Source: Perkinsus olseni
Taxonomy: Eukaryota
Length of the DNA: 48,740 bases
Assembly: GCA_013115125.1 (NCBI GenBank)
Contig: JABANN010000235.1
Location: 1-48,740, forward strand
Direction of reading: 5' to 3'
Numbering within the stretch: the stretch's first letter is position 1; every line of letters begins with the position of its first letter. This document shows, piece by piece, positions 47,566 to 48,740 of this stretch. The position numbers and the translations under genes were made by a program. The notes beneath the pieces were generated by a model. The model was given only the letters and a program-made list of their open reading frames with translations, did not search any database and was not told the DNA's origin.

Positions 47566-48519
47566 TCACGCTTTCATGTCAAGTACGAACTTCCCCGGCA
47601 AGTCCCGATCCCACTTATTGAGCTCGTCGCGCTCGAGCTTTCTTCTGACGTGCTGAGGACCGCAGAGGTCGTTCGAGTGACCGATCTGCGGACGAACTTG
47701 AATGTCCTCTCCTCGCCTTCTCCTCAAAGAAGTCGAGCCTAAACTTTGTTGTCTCCTTCCTCCGAGTCTTTTCAATAGCAAATAGGTAGCCGCCTTTTCA
47801 GAGGGCAGCTCAGCTACAGGCGTTATGAGGGATATCATTCCGTCACAAAGGGGATAGTACATCACCATCCGGCTCTTCATGTCGACCGCCCTGACACGGA
47901 GATCCGCGTCTTCCAAAGTACCCCCTTCGAAAACCAGCGACAGACTCTTCCCGAACCCGCTCCCTCTGTACGTGCCACCCAGCTGCGACAAGTTCGAGGA
48001 GGGTTGGAGCGCAACGAAGCCACGGTTGCATAGGGTAGTTAGTTCTTGCCTAATACCTTCCGGGGCGTCCATGTATTCACCAGTCTGGTCGCGCTCCCAG
48101 ATATTGGCGAAACATTTCCCGTTGTGAACAACGTCGACGAAGTACTCTCCAGTGACGCCATCCTGCAAGCGGAGCACTCTGGCCACTTTCACTTCTCTGT
48201 TACTGCTCCGCAGAGCTTTATGTGTCACGAAATCACACACTTGTAAGTCGGTCGTCAGGGGAAGGTTGAGTAGATTTGCAACTTTCCCGCGAAACTGTTG
48301 GATATTCGTACTCATTCCTGACCTATGTACGTACTCAGGGGTATACATAGATACCGGAGTCAATCGGAAAAAGATGTATTCCACTTTACCGCTACGTAGT
48401 TGTCCATACAACAGTTCTTGTTGTCTGAACTCCTGAACCTTGGTTAGGTATACCAGTAGACAACTGATCAAGCCAATACGCCAGATTGTATTGTTCAGGA
48501 GGGGAGACGAGAGGGTCAT
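47566..48519 (-). CDS. Intronless predicted secreted protein, paralog B (317 aa)
   Basis: Uninterrupted ORF with N-terminus IWRIGLISCLLVYLTKV. Shares motifs and five mature-region cysteines with paralog A. Confidence 0.88.
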   Translation of the reverse strand: MTLSSPLLNNTIWRIGLISCLLVYLTKVQEFRQQELLYGQLRSGKVEYIFFRLTPVSMYTPEYVHRSGMSTNIQQFRGKVANLLNLPLTTDLQVCDFVTHKALRSSNREVKVARVLRLQDGVTGEYFVDVVHNGKCFANIWERDQTGEYMDAPEGIRQELTTLCNRGFVALQPSSNLSQLGGTYRGSGFGKSLSLVFEGGTLEDADLRVRAVDMKSRMVMYYPLCDGMISLITPVAELPSEKAATYLLLKRLGGRRQQSLGSTSLRRRRGEDIQVRPQIGHSNDLCGPQHVRRKLERDELNKWDRDLPGKFVLDMKA

Positions 48520-48740
48520 TGAAAGAAGTTTTGGAAACTGAGTTAGCAGGAATTTTATAATTTACTAGTTTCAACAATAATTCAATAAGAACAGATATTG
48601 TGTGCAGACGTCTACGGAAAACGCGCGCACTTAGTGCACTGCACTACTGTGTGTGCCATTTTGATACGCAAATGAACAAAATTGAGATATCTTGCTTAAT
48701 ACGAAGCTTTCATATGTCAAAGTTGGTCTGCTCACGTATT

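Noticed and set aside
1..48740. CRISPR array, rRNA or prokaryotic operon/defence system
   Set aside because: There is no regularly spaced repeat-spacer array or rRNA-like sequence, and the gene structure is spliceosomal and eukaryotic.

Overview
Gene-dense, intron-rich eukaryotic DNA. Many ~45-55 nt introns, GT and GC donors, and an apicomplexan-like ppGalNAc-T suggest a Perkinsus-like alveolate (inference). The supplied ORF track is mostly exon fragments, so gene models were assembled by eye and their ends are approximate. A minus-strand block (1-~21.2 kb) holds DDB1, a small basic spliced gene, and a polypeptide GalNAc-transferase with an expanded ricin-lectin array. A plus-strand block (~21.5-44.6 kb) holds a hypothetical gene, an NT5C-like nucleotidase, an LRRC72-like gene, a second hypothetical gene, a TTLL9-like gene and an EF-hand/WD40 gene. 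A convergent pair of intronless secreted-protein paralogs ends the window. The most unusual signals are non-coding or intronic: ~10-bp-periodic An/Tn introns, mainly in the left half; a recurrent intronic motif AATTTCGTGGCGCG; antisense tRNA relics ending on 3' splice sites; ~1 kb passengers in large introns (a spliced WRKY/GCM1-like zinc-finger gene, a DIRS/Ngaro gag-like relic, decayed genes, a tRNA-Ala); and perfect palindromes with 1-5 nt spacers in inserted and intergenic DNA. No database search could be run, so novelty is untested.
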